Below are positions 36,750 through 51,152 of a stretch of DNA of 64,000 nt, one piece after another (position 1 is the first letter of the stretch; each line of letters begins with the position of its first letter). The stretch spans positions 1,051,650-1,115,649 of the forward strand of contig NW_003314264.1 in assembly GCF_000143415.4 (NCBI RefSeq). The letters run 5' to 3'. The notes beneath the pieces are model-generated. The model was not told the origin of the DNA. It searched no databases and worked only from the letters and a program-made list of their open reading frames with translations. The stretch is from Selaginella moellendorffii. Taxonomy: Eukaryota; Plantae; Lycopodiophyta. The position numbers and the translations under genes are program-made.

Positions 36750-39428
36750 GTGCTCGAGCAACGAGAAGATATAAGAGAATTTTATTTGAAGTTTGATCAA
36801 GAGCCTCCAATTGTTTTTTCTAAGAGTGTTATAGAAGAGAGCTTCCTTTACAGAAGATTCAAGCTAAAGCCAGGATCAGTTAGTTTGGAGAATGTATGTC
36901 GTAATAAGGGTAATCAGATAAAAAAATCCATTCTTCTTGATAGTGGTGTGGGAGAGAATGGGATCTTGATAGATGTATAGGTTAGGAGATTCTAGTTACA
37001 AGATCTCCGAAGCGAGGAGAGGAGAGTGCATCAGTTTCACAGTCAACTGTGCAAGGAGTGAAGGATGAAGTTGTTATTATCTCCAGTGATGAAAATGAAG
37101 AAGATGAGCTTCCCGACATAGCTTCCCAGACAAGTAGGTGTGTTCCTTTTAACCAGTTTTTGAAGCGGTGGATAAGGCATTTCAGCAATCTCGATCATTA
37201 CGGTTGGAATTGAAGGAGTTCCAGTACATGAGAGGTGAGGAGCTTCCTTCTCCCTATAATGGGAATATATTCTTTGAGTTTCCACCAGCCAGTTCGTCAA
37301 GTAGGAAAAGGGGTATGGAGACGCATCTTGATCCACATAATTAGTGTAGAGTAAAGACAACCCACTTCTTTCATTTCGATAGATCTGTGTCCATAATCCA
37401 TTGTGGTGGACAGCTTCAGTGTGTCGCTGAGAAATGCATTTTTTATCATGGCAAGAATATGTGTTTCTTTGAAGGCTCAGCAATCAATCCCCCTAGGCAT
37501 GATGAGGTTGCTATAGGGTTTAGATGTCGCAAATGAAGGGCAACACCTGTGTGTTAAGCGTGTTGTGATGTGAAAATGTATTATTTTCTTCCATGGGATG
37601 GATGTTTAGGCAGAGCAGCAGTGCATGTTAGATACCACCAACACACAATAGAGGAAGGAATCTACCATGATTCTTTTCGCAATTTGAAGGTTGCTATACT
37701 ACAGAGGCTAGGAAGAAAAGTGCTACAACTCCAAAGTGTGTTTAACAGTTTGCACTAAAGGACTATATGGTGGACATGTTGCTACAATCTAATAGCAAAA
37801 AAGAGTTCACGGAGAATAGCTTGAAGGACCTACTTTGAAATATAGAACCTGTGACAAATTTAAACAAGTATAAAATTAGTACTTAACTCTACTTTATCAC
37901 TAATAACACTCTTTATTTTGGTAGAATAAAGAACTAGATGTGAGAAGGGCGAGATGGAAAACTTTAATCTAGATTGGATGGGATTTTGGAGCTAAAGAGA
38001 AAATGTCCCTATGAGTTTATTCATGGGAGCTTGTTTGTTGGCCAAGTGATTTCGAACAATCAATGCCCTTTCATCTTTAAGATGTCTACCCTTGGTCCTG
38101 CTTCTGGTGTGGACCTTGTACAATGAATAAATATAGATGGAGATGGGGACTTGGTTAATTCTTGGATCCATTTCGACCACATAGAACGAGTTTCAGGCTG
38201 GTCAGCTATGGGAGCTCATGTTTATGATCACAAGTAAGTAGTTATTCATTTTTAAGGATTCTATACTGATTTACATTATAACCATTCCTTCTATAGATTG
38301 CAGCACAACTTGATTATAGTTATAGCCGAATTCAAGGTTCAAGATTTTCAAGCACAAACCATCTTTTGAATATGTATGTCCGAAGTTGTTGAACAGCGAA
38401 CCAAGAAAAAACCCAACTTCTGTGGTTTCATGGCAGATGTTGCTGGTGCTAACTGGTTGGCTGTACGAAAAGTATTTGGAGGTGATAAAAGTCAGCTATT
38501 ACAAGGTAGAGAGAAGAGTTGTGAATTTCATTGGGCAAAGAGTGTCAACGAACATTGCCGATGCATTAAATTTGACTTCCATCACGAGTTCAAGCAGCTT
38601 TGTCGAGAATGGATGGATGCACCAACTAAAGAGGAGCACGAGGCAAAGGCAAATGAGATGTGCATGTGGTGGCATGAAGGAGACAAAGTGCCAATTGAAA
38701 ACCTTCCACAAATGGAATGCTGGCTTGCATGGTGGGAAGTTCGAATGTTTTAGTGGGGTCATTATACTCTCTATGTAAGCTTTCTCTCATTTTCTTTCTT
38801 GTCACTTTCAAATGTTGCATTTTTTGTAGGATCACCAACAATTAATCTCTCTAAGAGCAAACATTGGAGTTGGAGAGCTTCCGAAGCAGGAAAAGGAAAA
38901 ATGTCCCTCTATAAAGCCACACTCTTCGACCTCACTAGATCTCTTGAGCAGTCATCAAAAGCTTTAGTTGCACAGGAAGCAAGGTTTGCTGGTACTGGTC
39001 CGAACTTAGATAGGCTTCAAGAGCGGGTTGGTAGAAAGACAACACTAGCAGCAGGGTCAATGGCTAAGATGGTGGAGGAAGTTGCTGCTGGAACTCCTAT
39101 GAAATCAAGTTATGAACCACTCAGGGACATGAGAACAGCCCGTATCAAGTCTCGATAAACATTTGATAGGCCAAACATCACTCCTTCTAGCTCTCACTAT
39201 CCAGAGTTTGACTACCATTCTGTTCCATAACACCGGAAAAGAACTAAGGAACATAGAGTGGAGGAGGTGCCAATTGTTACACAAGTAAGTCCAGTATGAG
39301 AGGTTGAAAAGGTTATTTCTCGTGAGCCAGTTTTTCGTATCAACTGGGCAATTCGAAGTGTTAGTGCCAAGAGCAATGCACGTTGCTTTGGAATGATTGG
39401 GAGTCGAGGTCAGTGTCTTGCATTCAGA
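36750..39428 (+). pseudogene. MULE (Mutator-like) transposase, disrupted and 3' truncated
   Basis: WIHFDHIERVSGWSAMGAHVYD, GFMADVAGANWLAVRKVFG, EKSCEFHWAKSV, PTINLS(E>K)SKH. Confidence 0.8.
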
Positions 39429-42400
39429 ACAAACACCATTGTGTTCAAGTCGATCTCTACATTCTGTAGATATACCAAATGAGCAAATTTAGACACCTTC
39501 CATAAATAGCATTTGGGACCAGAATGAAACTAACACAAAGAGCATAATAGCGAGGGTGTTTGGTAGACATGGTAAGCTATCATCTAGCGATATTGAGGGA
39601 CTAATCTCAATATGCAAGGGTTCTTGTCAAGCTAGTGCAAGACAAAGCAAAAGAGAACTAAGAGCCAAGCTGAGTATGTTTAGCTAGAAATACATAGGAG
39701 TTCCTACCTTATGTCCATCTGGCTAAGTATAGGTGCTAAGCCCAATAAACTAACACTTGAACAAGAGGGGCTGATGAAGGGAACCAGCAATACCGACCTC
39801 CTGTCATTGTGGCAGTAAGGAAAGAGTGTCCGTAAGGATTGGCCCTCAGGAAACTTTCGATACCTGAAGTCACATTCATGACACTCTCCCCCCCTAGGGA
39901 AGATCGACATCTTCGTCGATGCATACTCGAGTCTGAAACAACTCCAAAAAACATTTACGATATTCATACTATATGAGAAATGCATCAACTTAAATGAGTT
40001 AGGAGGCAACCTCTTTGTCTAACGCGGATGCGCTACTAGCTCAGACACCTTCTGGCTGGCGCCGACAAGGAAATTACCAACTGAGTTAGCCACCCTTGCT
40101 GCTCTGTGTGTCACCCAACTTACAAAAATGTGATACGCCCCTGCCCACAGGTGGCATAGAGAGAGAAGCTAGAAGCCCTAACCCTTCTAAGCAAAGAAAT
40201 GAAACCTGTCGATAAGGTTTAGATAGACTACTGTAAATAAGCAGTTAAAGTTGTTTACACTGTCACACCCTTTTAATGGAATAAGGAACATCGATAGAGA
40301 GGTAGGTTATGTGACCAATCGACAGTAGCTACCCCATGATTAGAGATTTCACCATGCACACGAAGTGCCGAAGCCAGTCTGCCTATACTGGCCCAAAATT
40401 CAAAGATTAATAGATGGACAATATCAAAGTCATAAATAATGATATTTTAGAGTCTTAATTATCAATGAATATCTTATATTAGAACACAAATATATTTCAA
40501 GTAAATTTTCATATGATAAACCAGTATTATAGGATAGGAACCACCAAGATCATCATAATTGGTAGGCACAAAAATCACCATCCAACAAAATTCAATAGCA
40601 AGTATATCATCAAGGAAACTCAATAATAAAACTTAACTACTGAAGATGGTAAATAGTATGCCAAAAAACTTACTAAAGATAACTCAAAGAATATAAAGTA
40701 TTATCGACTAGCAAGCAAAATACTCGTGAATGTATCACTTGAAGGAAATAACATTCCAATTTATCAGAACGAACTCAAGCAACAATTAACAGAACAGAAT
40801 GAATGTGGTAAAACCAACAAACACTCGTTTATGCTAACTATCGCACTAGCCAAGCTGAATAGATCCCGATCAATAATATCAAGGAACTAGAGTTGTCTAA
40901 GTAGATGCTAACAACATTCTATTGTTATCTCAACCCAAGAGATCAATCCAGAGTAAACCATAAAGAACATGTGATATTGCAAAAAGCCATAAGCCATCAA
41001 GGAGAACAACTAACCATCACAAAAGATCATCAATCATCCTAGCAAAAAGAGAGATGCATCAATTTTTGCCGATGCATAATCATCGGCGAAGAAAGACTCT
41101 ACCATCCCAAAGAACAACAAATCAGTATTGATCAATAATAATCAAGCAAAACCTTTTGATAAAGATAATCAACTTTCCTAGATGATAGTTAATTATCACC
41201 AATGATTGTTAGATGCAAAAACCAACTTCAGTATCGAAGCTAATGAGCCAAAAATGCCTTCAAATGGAACAATAAGCATAAAAACTTAAAAAACCAAAAG
41301 CTCGAAGAAGTATATAGCCAAGTCTTGCCTAACAATAATGATGAGTCTTGTATGAACTAACTTCAATACTAAAGTAGAAATCACGGCACAACCCATAATA
41401 TTCTTTCTTAACACATTTAGAAGCTAAACTTTATAATGCAAAGTTAATGAAGAGCATATCTGCATGAATCCAAAAGCTAAACACAATGGAGCTATGCTCA
41501 ACATGTGATCACTAACGATCCTCTATGAATCCATCTATAGTAAAATAACTCACTTCATAGTAAGCACAATAAGAATCATCCATGATCAATATATCCTTAA
41601 CTTAAATCCAATAAAGATTTAATCACTTCAATATCAATCACTAACTCTTTCATTTGTAAGGCTAGTATAGTCCATAATTGAATCACTTTTCAAGGAAAAG
41701 CCAAAGCTCAAAAATAATCTCGTCTAGAACACAACTAACTCAAACTTGCCACTCAATTCGTTTGAATGTCAACACAGTTGCTAACTAGTAAATGCACAAA
41801 TGCCAATAACACAAAGCCATAGCCAAATCATCAACACTATCTTCATCAAGACTAATGAAACTCAATGTCAATCCTAAGGAAAAACATCTTATCGCATTTG
41901 AATCTCAACATTAATAATGTCAATGACAAGGCATCACTTCAATGCCATTAACACCAGAACAAAGTTAAAAGAAAGCAAAAGTGAATCACCACCCAAAACT
42001 CTCTAACAACCAAGCTAATCAAAGTCAAAAATATTATATTTAGTATCTGAGACTAGTTCTTCAACAATACTCAGCTATAAATAACACTTCATTAAGGAGT
42101 GAATCACTACATCCAAGACTCAATGAAATCCAACACTACGAACTAAATGCAACCAAATGATATCAACAGAGGTAGAGTCGACATGCCAACATCTATTATA
42201 GCAAATGAATGCTACAACCTTTTTCCAACACCTCAATGGGTAAACTCTTCAAGGAACAAAGAACCAACTTAAGCTTAGCATAATGGACCACCATCGAAAA
42301 TCCAGTCAAAGCTACTACAATGCTACTTCATGCAAGTAAATTAGCTTCACCATCAACCACTTTGGGATTGATCATCATTTATCCAAGAAACTTCGTAAAT

Positions 42401-43521
42401 GCATTACTCATTATCACATGGATATGATATAAATATCACAATGACTTGATCATCAATTGAGCAATACTATGAGCAATGGACATGTCACTACTACAAAGGT
42501 TTTTGTGAGTATCAAGTGTCAACTCAACTCAAAAAAATGCAACATAAATGCTACATCCTCCAATAGAGACTAACACCACTAACTTTTGTTCACAACATAA
42601 ATAAGCTCATACCACTCTCTTTTCGACCAAACTCGAAACTAATCCAACACCAAGCTACTCAAGGAGCAATAGCAAGGCTCCCCGGAAAAGAATTGAGAAT
42701 TGCAACCCAAGTCTTCAATACTAAGCCTAGACAAAATGGTTTAGCGTTTCGCTGCTATCCATCCCACAACTCACCATTTGTAAGACTATCATTTCAAATA
42801 TGCATCAAAATAGGGACTCTTGATTGCATGATATGAACACAAAAGCTCTATTTCGTTAAAGTGGGAATTGTCATTATCCCACTTGTAAAATAAGGTTTCC
42901 AAACCTTTATATAGTATATAAATATAACAAAATTCAACTGCATTGAGGCACATGCCATTTTATTTTAAACAAGGAAATGTCTACTCAATCACTTCTCCTC
43001 CCCCTGCCACTGCTTCACTTCTCTCTTCTCCTTGTCATCGTCGTCCAATTTCTTTCCATCCTTTTAATATTGGCTCAGTTGCTCCGAGTCTAGGTGGAGC
43101 CCAAGTCCCCATTCAATCTTTACTTTCCCCTTATTAATAAAACAACTTCGTAGACTTCCAATAACATGCTGTAACACTTCTAGTATAATGCAAATCCTCT
43201 CAAAGAATTGTCTTTTAATATTAATACAATGGCATGGAACCCCATGCCATAATAAGTTACATTTTTAAATAAATACATGCCATCTCAGACTGTTATTTTT
43301 TGCCTCCAACGCCTATACAATAATCTTGGAATTTCATCACTCTCCACACTATCAGGATTTAAACCCAATAGTAATGCCATCTCTTCTCTAATACGTCCAT
43401 GCTCATGTTCAGTGGTCGAAAAACCCATCCGGTTGAGCAGATTATGGAGATGCGGATAGTGCTTGGCTAGACAATATACATGCCATAAATGATGACTGGT
43501 GTCTATCTGATCAAATGGCTT

Positions 43522-44147
43522 CTAATATACCGTTCCATCTACCATTTGGTTGATTTCTGCAGCCACCTCCTGGACTAGCCGGTTAGGTATCACCATCACT
43601 CCAAGCCGTTTTGCAAGGTCCCCCAGAACATACGGTTTCTTCTCCCTAGTTTCCATACTGCAAGAGATGGAGTGCACTGCATATGTGTGCGTGTTCGCTG
43701 CAGTTTTAATCGGCGAGTCATCGATGATGAGGATTTCACTTGACCTAGCAGTCCGGTTCATCACTACAGCCTCTGGCTTGACGAAGATGGGCTTGCTACC
43801 CCTCACATGGACCATAGTCAAGCAATCCTCCTGCGTTAGGAGAAAGTCAAATGGTAATATTACTCGCGTCTGATCGTGCATCATCTATAGCAACGTTAAT
43901 GCATTGTGGCGCATCATGGATGTCCAAACTCCCAATTGCAAATTGAACTCGGCCCTCTATTTTAAGTATCGCATGGTCATTATTAGATCCCGCAGTTTCT
44001 CCCGTGTGATTAATGTGAATCTGTCTCTTTTGACCAACTTGCGACCGCAAGCTTTGGAGGGTGCAGTGACATTCGAGGACGAGCCACGCTCATGGGAGAA
44101 AAGGACACTGTTCAGATCAAAAACGATACAGTACCTTCACCGTGACT
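43522..44147 (-). pseudogene. FCP1/NIF-like HAD phosphatase domain exon of the transposon cargo
   Basis: YCIVFDLNSVL...LGVWTSMMRHNA...FDFLLTQEDC...PIFVKP...ILIIDDSPIKTAAN; several single-transition stops. Confidence 0.75.
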
Positions 44148-46190
44148 CTAAAATGAAATGCGTCAGCATAAAAAATGGTACAAGTCAATTTTACCATCTA
44201 CAATATTAGCGAATGGTGCTCCCGATGGTCGTTGAGAGGGTTTTGGTCAAGGAAACGTGAAGGGCGGAAATACTCTCCTCTGCAATGTGGGGTCAATCGC
44301 ATCCAATGGCGTGCGGGCATATGCCATTTCAGCTGTAGACTCTGGTACAACTGGCTCAACAGTGGCATGGGGTGGTTCCGATGGCGTGTGATCATACGCC
44401 ATTTCAGCTGGTGCCTCCGTTGGCAAAGTGGACATGACCGAACAGGCAGCAGGGGCGGTGTAGGGAGGTTCCAACGGCGCGTAGTCAGACGATTGGGCAC
44501 ACGTTGAGTCCGTTGGAAATGAGGATACAACCGGCTTGGTGGCTGGGGCGGCCTCATGCGGGTCCAATGGCGCCTGGTCACCGTCAGTTGGATACGTGGA
44601 CAAGATTGACACAGTGGTATGGGCAGCATCAAGTGGAGCGTGGTCAGCTTGCTTGGCGTTGATATGGATAGTAGCCTCCACCAGCTCTGATGACTCTTGC
44701 AGGCAAGTAGAATCCACTGGCGGATCCATATGCATGTCTAAATATCTCCCTTCGATTGAGATGGTATCCTCCCTACTGGCTACTAAAAACAAACTCATTA
44801 GCACATTGAATCGACTATACTGTATTTACCATCAACTGCTATTGAGGAACTAGGACCAATATCACTTGGGCGCACTGCTGATTCTGAAGGATTGGACATA
44901 CGTTTCGACCCTTGCTTGGCACTATGTAGTGCACGTGGTTTTGACCCTTTATCCTATGGTGATTTACCATAGGATAACACCACGAAGCTGAACCTAAACC
45001 CTCTTTGTGCCATGTGACAGATGCCACGTGTCACATGCCACGTGTCCATAGGAACCCGAGGTTCAGGGCCTTGGGCCACTGAACGAAGGAACGGTGCCAA
45101 ACTCCCAAGCGTGGANNNNNNNNNNNNNNNNNNNNNNNNNNNNNNNNNNNNNNNNNNNNNNNNNNNNNNNNNNNNNNNNNNNNNNNNNNNNNNNNNNNNN
45201 NNNNNNNNNNNNNNNNNNNNNNNNNNNNNNNNNNNNNNNNNNNNNNNNNNNNNNNNNNNNNNNNNNNNNNNNNNNNNNNNNNNNNNNNNNNNNNNNNNNN
45301 NNNNNNNNNNNNNCTCCACCAGCTAGCATGGAATGGAACTTGGGCTTAGACCCAAGCCGGACGCAGAACAAAGACAGGCACGCAAGCGAAAGCTACACTA
45401 TGCCTCAGGTTGGTCGGCCATGCTCAACCTACCCACTATCCCTACTATACATTTGGAACCCCCCACAGCCCTCCCCCCCCCCCCCCNNNNNNNNNNNNNN
45501 NNNNNNNNNNNNNNNNNNNNNNNNNNNNNNNNNNNNNNNNNNNNNNNNNNNNNNNNNNNNNNNNNNNNNNNNNNNNNNNNNNNNNNGCGACGCGGGGACT
45601 AGTCTCAATACGCGAGGGTTCTTTCCAAGCCAGTGCAAGACAGAGCAAAAGAGAACTAAAAGCCAGGCCGAGAATGCTCAGCTAGAAACACATAGGAGTT
45701 CCTACCTTATGTCCATCTGGCTAAGTACAGATGTTAAGCCCAGTTTACTAACACTTGGACAAGAGTGGCCAATGATGGGAACCAGCAGGACCGACCTCCT
45801 GCCATCATGGCAGTAAGGAAAGAGTGTCCGTAAGGACCAGTCGACAAGTATCTTTCGATACCCAAAGTCACATTCACGACACTCTCCCCCCCTTGGGGAA
45901 GATCGACGTCCTCGTCGATGCATACTCGAGTCTAGAATACCGCCAAGAAAACAACCCCAGAAAAAGTTCATGGTACTCACACTATGTGAGAAATGCACCA
46001 ACTTAAATGAGTTAAGGGGCAACCTCTTTGTCTAACGTGGATGCGCTACCAGCTCAGACACCTTCCGACCGTTGCCGAGAAGGAAATGACCAACACAGTT
46101 AGCCACCCTTGCTGCTCTGGGAGTCACCCAGCGTACAAAAGTGTGATATGCCCCTACCCGCAGGAACATAGAGAGAGAAGCCAGAGGCCC

Positions 46191-49100
46191 TGTTAGGCGC
46201 CAGCTTTGACTACGTGGTCAACGTTGGTCAAAGGGAGGCTCAAGGGTATATTTGACTACGTGGTCAACGTCGGTCAAAGGGAGGCTCAAGGGTATATTAA
46301 GGCATGTTAGGGTAAGGGACTTAACCTACCCTAGGGCTCACAGTGGAGCGGCGGCGCAGTGGAGCTTTTGAGGTAGCTCGGGGGTGGTTGGGTGGTGAGG
46401 AACCTCAAGAGGTGGCATAGCATAGTCTAGGGCAACTAGATCTTTGTCTTTTTGAGCCGGATCATAACATTGGTATCAGAGAATTGGTTGCGATGGCTGA
46501 CCAAGCTGAACGCTGGAATCCTATCATCGATGGTGGTGCTGACGATGGTGCCGACGAAGCTGCAGAGATTTGGACCATTCAAGATGTGGTTCATGAGCTG
46601 CGAGCCCTTAATAAAAATCAGCAAGAGATGCAAGACGAGATGCATGCCATGATGGATACCATGCGTGGGCGTGTTGAGGCACTCGAGGCTGGACGGGGTA
46701 GCGCTCCAAGTAAGCCTTCTTTGGTAGATCGACTCAAGATTCCAACCTTTTCCGGTGATGGTGGTGTGGACGAGTGTCTCGCTTGGCTAGCCAATGTGAA
46801 GAAGTTCTTGGCTGCTAGAGGAACTCCAGATGCAGAGGCTTTAGTGGCTATTCCGATGGTTTTGCGTGATGTGGGTCTTCGATGGTGGAATTGGCTTGAG
46901 GAGTCCCGTGTTGCGGATAAGAAACCACCGGTGTCTACCATGGATGAGTTTGAGGCTGCTTTTCGTTTACGTTTTGCCCCTCATTACGACGTGGAGAATG
47001 CTCGTACAGAACTTTGCCATTTCCAGCAAGGGAAAATGACGCTCGGGGACTATATTGAGAAGCTTACTCGCTTGATTAGTCGTGTTCCAACGAAGGATCC
47101 AGATCAGAACAAGTCCTACTTCATTGATGGCCTCCATAGTGAGAGTATGCGGCAACACTTGCGTCATTCTCAGCCTACAAAGAGTTTGGAGGAGCTCTTT
47201 GATGCGGTTCGTCGCCTTGACAATGACAAGCACAAGTCTCGCAAGCGTTCGCGGAGTCCTTCTGTCGCGAATCGTCGTGATGATCGCCGTGGACACAAGG
47301 AGGGGAACAAGCATCACAAGTTGAAGTCGGTGGTAACTACTTCAGATGCAAAGGGGTCCAAGAAGCAGAAGTTCTTTGTGAAGAATTATAGACAGGGTTG
47401 TCATCATTGCGGCGAACTTGGACACTACAAGGCTGATTGTCCGCAGTTGAAGAACAAGCAGCAGGACAAGAAGAATGGCCAATCATCTTCTCACGGTAAG
47501 TCAGATACTAAAAAGTTGCAAGCTTTACAGCGTGAGGATGACGAGAACGACCATTCCGGTCGGAGGAAGAGACTTTCGATCGTTGCTCGTCAACTCAACT
47601 GTGTGTGGAACAAGATGGAGCTCGAGGATACGCGTGAATCAGCTTTAATGCTGGAGGGCGTGTTCCGTGGCGATCCAGTGCGGATTTTACTGGATAGTGA
47701 GAGCGATGACAACTTTGTTTCGGCAAAGTTTGTTGTGGAGCATCGCCTGAACACACGTGGAGTTGTTCCATACACAGTGGAAGGTGCAGCTACCTTTGCT
47801 CAGCATTTCGATGCTTGTGTCGAGGGGCTGGAAGTGTTGGTTGGCAAAACCACACTTGTGGAGACTTTTTATCTCGCGGATATCCATCGTGTGGATCTCA
47901 TTCTTGGGATGCCATGGTTGGTGAAGGTGGATCCAGAGATCAAGTGGAGCATTAAGCGTATCTCGCTGGAGTATGGTGGCGTTAAAGATGTGTGGTTTGG
48001 CGAGGGCATTCAACCACCAGTTGTTATGCTCTCTGCTACATCTTTGAAGCGGGCTTGTCGTAATGGAAAAGCACTTTCGAGTTACTTGCTGTTTGTTCGT
48101 GACTTGGGGGACCAAGGCACGTGTGGGGGAGAAGCCGCAGTACGGGATGTACTTGATGAGTTTTCTGATGTTTTTCCATCTGAACTTCCTCATGGATTGC
48201 CTCCATTACGAGGTGTGGAGCATGGGATTACATTGGAGCCGGGGACGCGGCCAATTTACCGGCGTCCATTTCGGTTAAGTTATGCGGAGGAGCAAGAAGT
48301 TCAACGACAAGTCAAGGAGTTACTTGAGTTTGGATTTATTCAGCCAAGTAAGTCTCCATTTGGTGCTCCGGTCTTGCTTGTGAAGAAGAAGGACGGTTCA
48401 ATGCGGATGTGTATTGACTACCGTGCTTTAAACAAGAAGACAGTGAAGGACAAGATGCCGATGCCACGTGTGGATGATATCCTAGACAAGCTTGGTGAAG
48501 CACGAGTGTTTACAAAGATTGATCTGAGGAGTGGATATCATCAGATTGCAATGGATGATGCATCTATCTCCAAGACGGCATTCAACACAAGCTTTGGACA
48601 TTTTGAGTTTACCGTTATGCCGTTTGGTTTGACGAATGCACCGGCCACATTTACTCGGTTGATGACGGAGGTATTTGGGCGTTATCTTCATGAGTTTGTG
48701 GAGATTTTCTTGGATGATATTCTTGTTTTTAGCAAGAATATGGAGGAGCATAGGGTGCATTTGCGCAAGGTTCTTTCGTTACTTCGAGACAGCAAACTTT
48801 ATGCGAAGAAGAGCAAATGTGAATTTGCAAAGTCGGAGGTGGAATATCTAGGCCATATTGTGACATCTAAGGGTGTCAAGACGGATCCAAGGAAGGTGGC
48901 TGTGGTGGAAAACTGGCCTACACCGACTACAGTGGCCGAGTTGCGCAGTTTTCTTGGTATGGCTAGTTACTACCAACGTTTCCAGCATAAGTTTGCAGAG
49001 GTGGCTATTCCGTTGACGCGGTTGTTATGCAAGAATGTGCCATTCGAGTGGAAGACGCCACAAGAGGAGAGTTTTGTGGCGCTGAAATGATTGTTGATCG

Positions 49101-51152
49101 AGGCTCCAGTGCTTCGCATTGCTGATCCATCGAAACCTTACGAGGTGACATGCGATGCGAGTGGTTATGCACTGGGAGGAGTTCTCATGCAAGAGGGACA
49201 GCCTATTGCATATGAGAGTCGAACTTTGAATTCCGCAGAGCAACGCTATTCCACATATGAGCAAGAGTTACTCTCTATTGTTCATGCTTTGCGGATGTGG
49301 CAGCACTATCTTTATGGTGCAGTGTTTGTGGTGTTGATAGATCACAAACCACTTGTGTATCTCTTCACACAGAAGAAGTTGAACACTAGGCAAGCTCGTT
49401 AGATGGTCAAACTTATGGAGTTTGGGGAGTTTCCTATNNNNNNNNNNNNNNNNNNNNNNNNNNNNNNNNNNNNNNNNNNNNNNNNNNNNNNNNNNNNNNN
49501 NNNNNNNNNNNNNNNNNNNNNNNNNNNNNNNNNNNNNNNNNNNNNNNNNNTTGGGCAGTTGGTTGAGCATGCTCAGGCTCAGGATGCTGAGGTGGCCTCT
49601 TTGCGAGCCCAAATGGAAGCCCCTTTCTCATTGGTGGATGGGATTCTCTACTACAATGGCCGTGTATATTTGCCACAAGTGGATGCGTTAATTACTCAAG
49701 TTTTATTCCACTATCATGATCGTCCCGAGGCCGGTCATTTTGGGGGGAAGAAGACGTATGAATTGATTAAGCGCAACTTTTATTGGAGGAATATGAAGGT
49801 TGATATCCTCAAGTATTGTAAATCATGCGAGCTTTGTCAGCGGGTTAAGGTGCCACGGGAGAAGCCGGGGGGACTTTTGCAACCTTTACCTATTCCTCAG
49901 AGCCGTTGGTGTAGTATCTCTATGGACTTCATCACTTGTTTGCCACAAACACAGAGGCAAAAGGAGCAAGTATGGGTCATAGTAGATCGGTTGACGAAGT
50001 ATGTGCGGTTGTTGGCTCTTCGGAAGACTGTCACTGCCTCAGACTTGGCTGCGGTTTACTTGGAGAAGGTTTTTCCTGATTTTGGTTTGCCGGAGGACAT
50101 CATTAGTGATCGAGATTCAAAGTTCACCAGTGGATTTTGGAAAAGCTTTGCAAAGGCTATGCAAGTGACTTTGAAACTCTCGAGTGGAGATCATCCTCAG
50201 ACGGATGGGCAAACTGAGCGTGTGAATCAGGTGGTGGAGGATATGCTACGTTGTAGCATTGGTCAAAGGCAAGGACAGTGGGATTTATATCTTCCGTTGG
50301 TGCAATTTGCTTACAACAATAGCCAACACAGTGGAACCAAGCTAAGTCCTTACTTTGCCATGTTTGGAAGGCATCCTCGAACAGCGGTGGAGTTGGGATT
50401 GCATTTGAGTAAGGACGTTCAAGATAAGCTTGATTCCGAGGCAACTGATCTGGCCACAGAACTTGATGAGATTCTGGTGGTGTGCAAACGGAATTTGCAA
50501 GCAGCTCAGGATAGAGCGGAGAAGTTTGCCAATGAGCATCGCCAATTCCGGGAATATAAGGTGGGTGATCTCGTCTTTGTGCGAGTGATCTTTCGTCAAG
50601 TGAGCGGCGGAACACCTTGGTGCCTTTACGGACAGGGAAGAGTGATAAACTTTCCCATCGATATGCTGGTCCATATGAAGTGCTAGAGCGCATTGGTAAA
50701 GCGGCTTATCGAGTGCGGCTGCCAGTTGGGGTGAAAATTCATCCGGTATTTTATGTCAGCCAGTTGAAAGGTGTACTATCTCGGAGTGACGGGCCCAATG
50801 CCTCCTTGATGTATATGGCTGTGGAAGATGGACCAGGAGCTTGAGCAGGATTCCCCAGAAAGGGTGATCACCGGTACAACTCGTCCTTGGGACAAGGACT
50901 TTGTTGGGGGGGAAAGAATTGTTAGGCACCAGCTTTGACTACGTGGTCAATGTCGGTCAAAGGGAGGCTCAAGGGTATATTAAGGCATGTTAGGGTAAGG
51001 GACTTAACTTACCCTAGGGCTCACAGTGGAGCGGCGGCGCAGTGGAGCTTTTGAGGTAGCTCGGGGGTGGTTGGGTGGTGAGGAACCTCAAGAGGTGGCG
51101 TAGCATAGTCTAGGGCAACTAGATCTTTGTCTTTTTGCGCCGGATCATAACA
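46191..51152 (+). mobile_element. Ty3/Gypsy retrotransposon C, full length
   Basis: LTRs 46191-46469 (contains a 46-bp duplication) and 50920-51152; PBS tggtatcagag; PPT; TSD GGCCC. Confidence 0.96.
46492..50844 (+). pseudogene. gag-pol of Gypsy C
   Basis: CHHCGELGHYKADC, LLDS protease, FLDD RT, TCDAS RNase H, integrase, AGPY; stops at 49088 and 49400, frameshift near 50600. Confidence 0.93.

Larger units (their letters stand above)
32964..39428. mobile_element. MULE-like DNA transposon carrying a ParB-MTase gene; right end deleted
   Basis: Interrupts the family-B LTR; G-rich start (ggggtagttttt...) with aagtcaa subterminal repeats; MULE transposase on +, cargo gene on -. Confidence 0.78.
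32194..42840 (-). mobile_element. non-coding LTR family B copy 1 (3' LTR 32194-39883 split by insertions; internal region to 42840)
   Basis: LTR matches 55829-56976; reverse-complement PPT at 39884; internal region matches 45882-46190 + 51153-55168. Confidence 0.88.

Noticed and set aside
44920-44924. CACTA transposon terminus
   Set aside because: CACTA is a direct 5-bp TSD on both sides of an LTR element (also 56977-56981), not an inverted terminus
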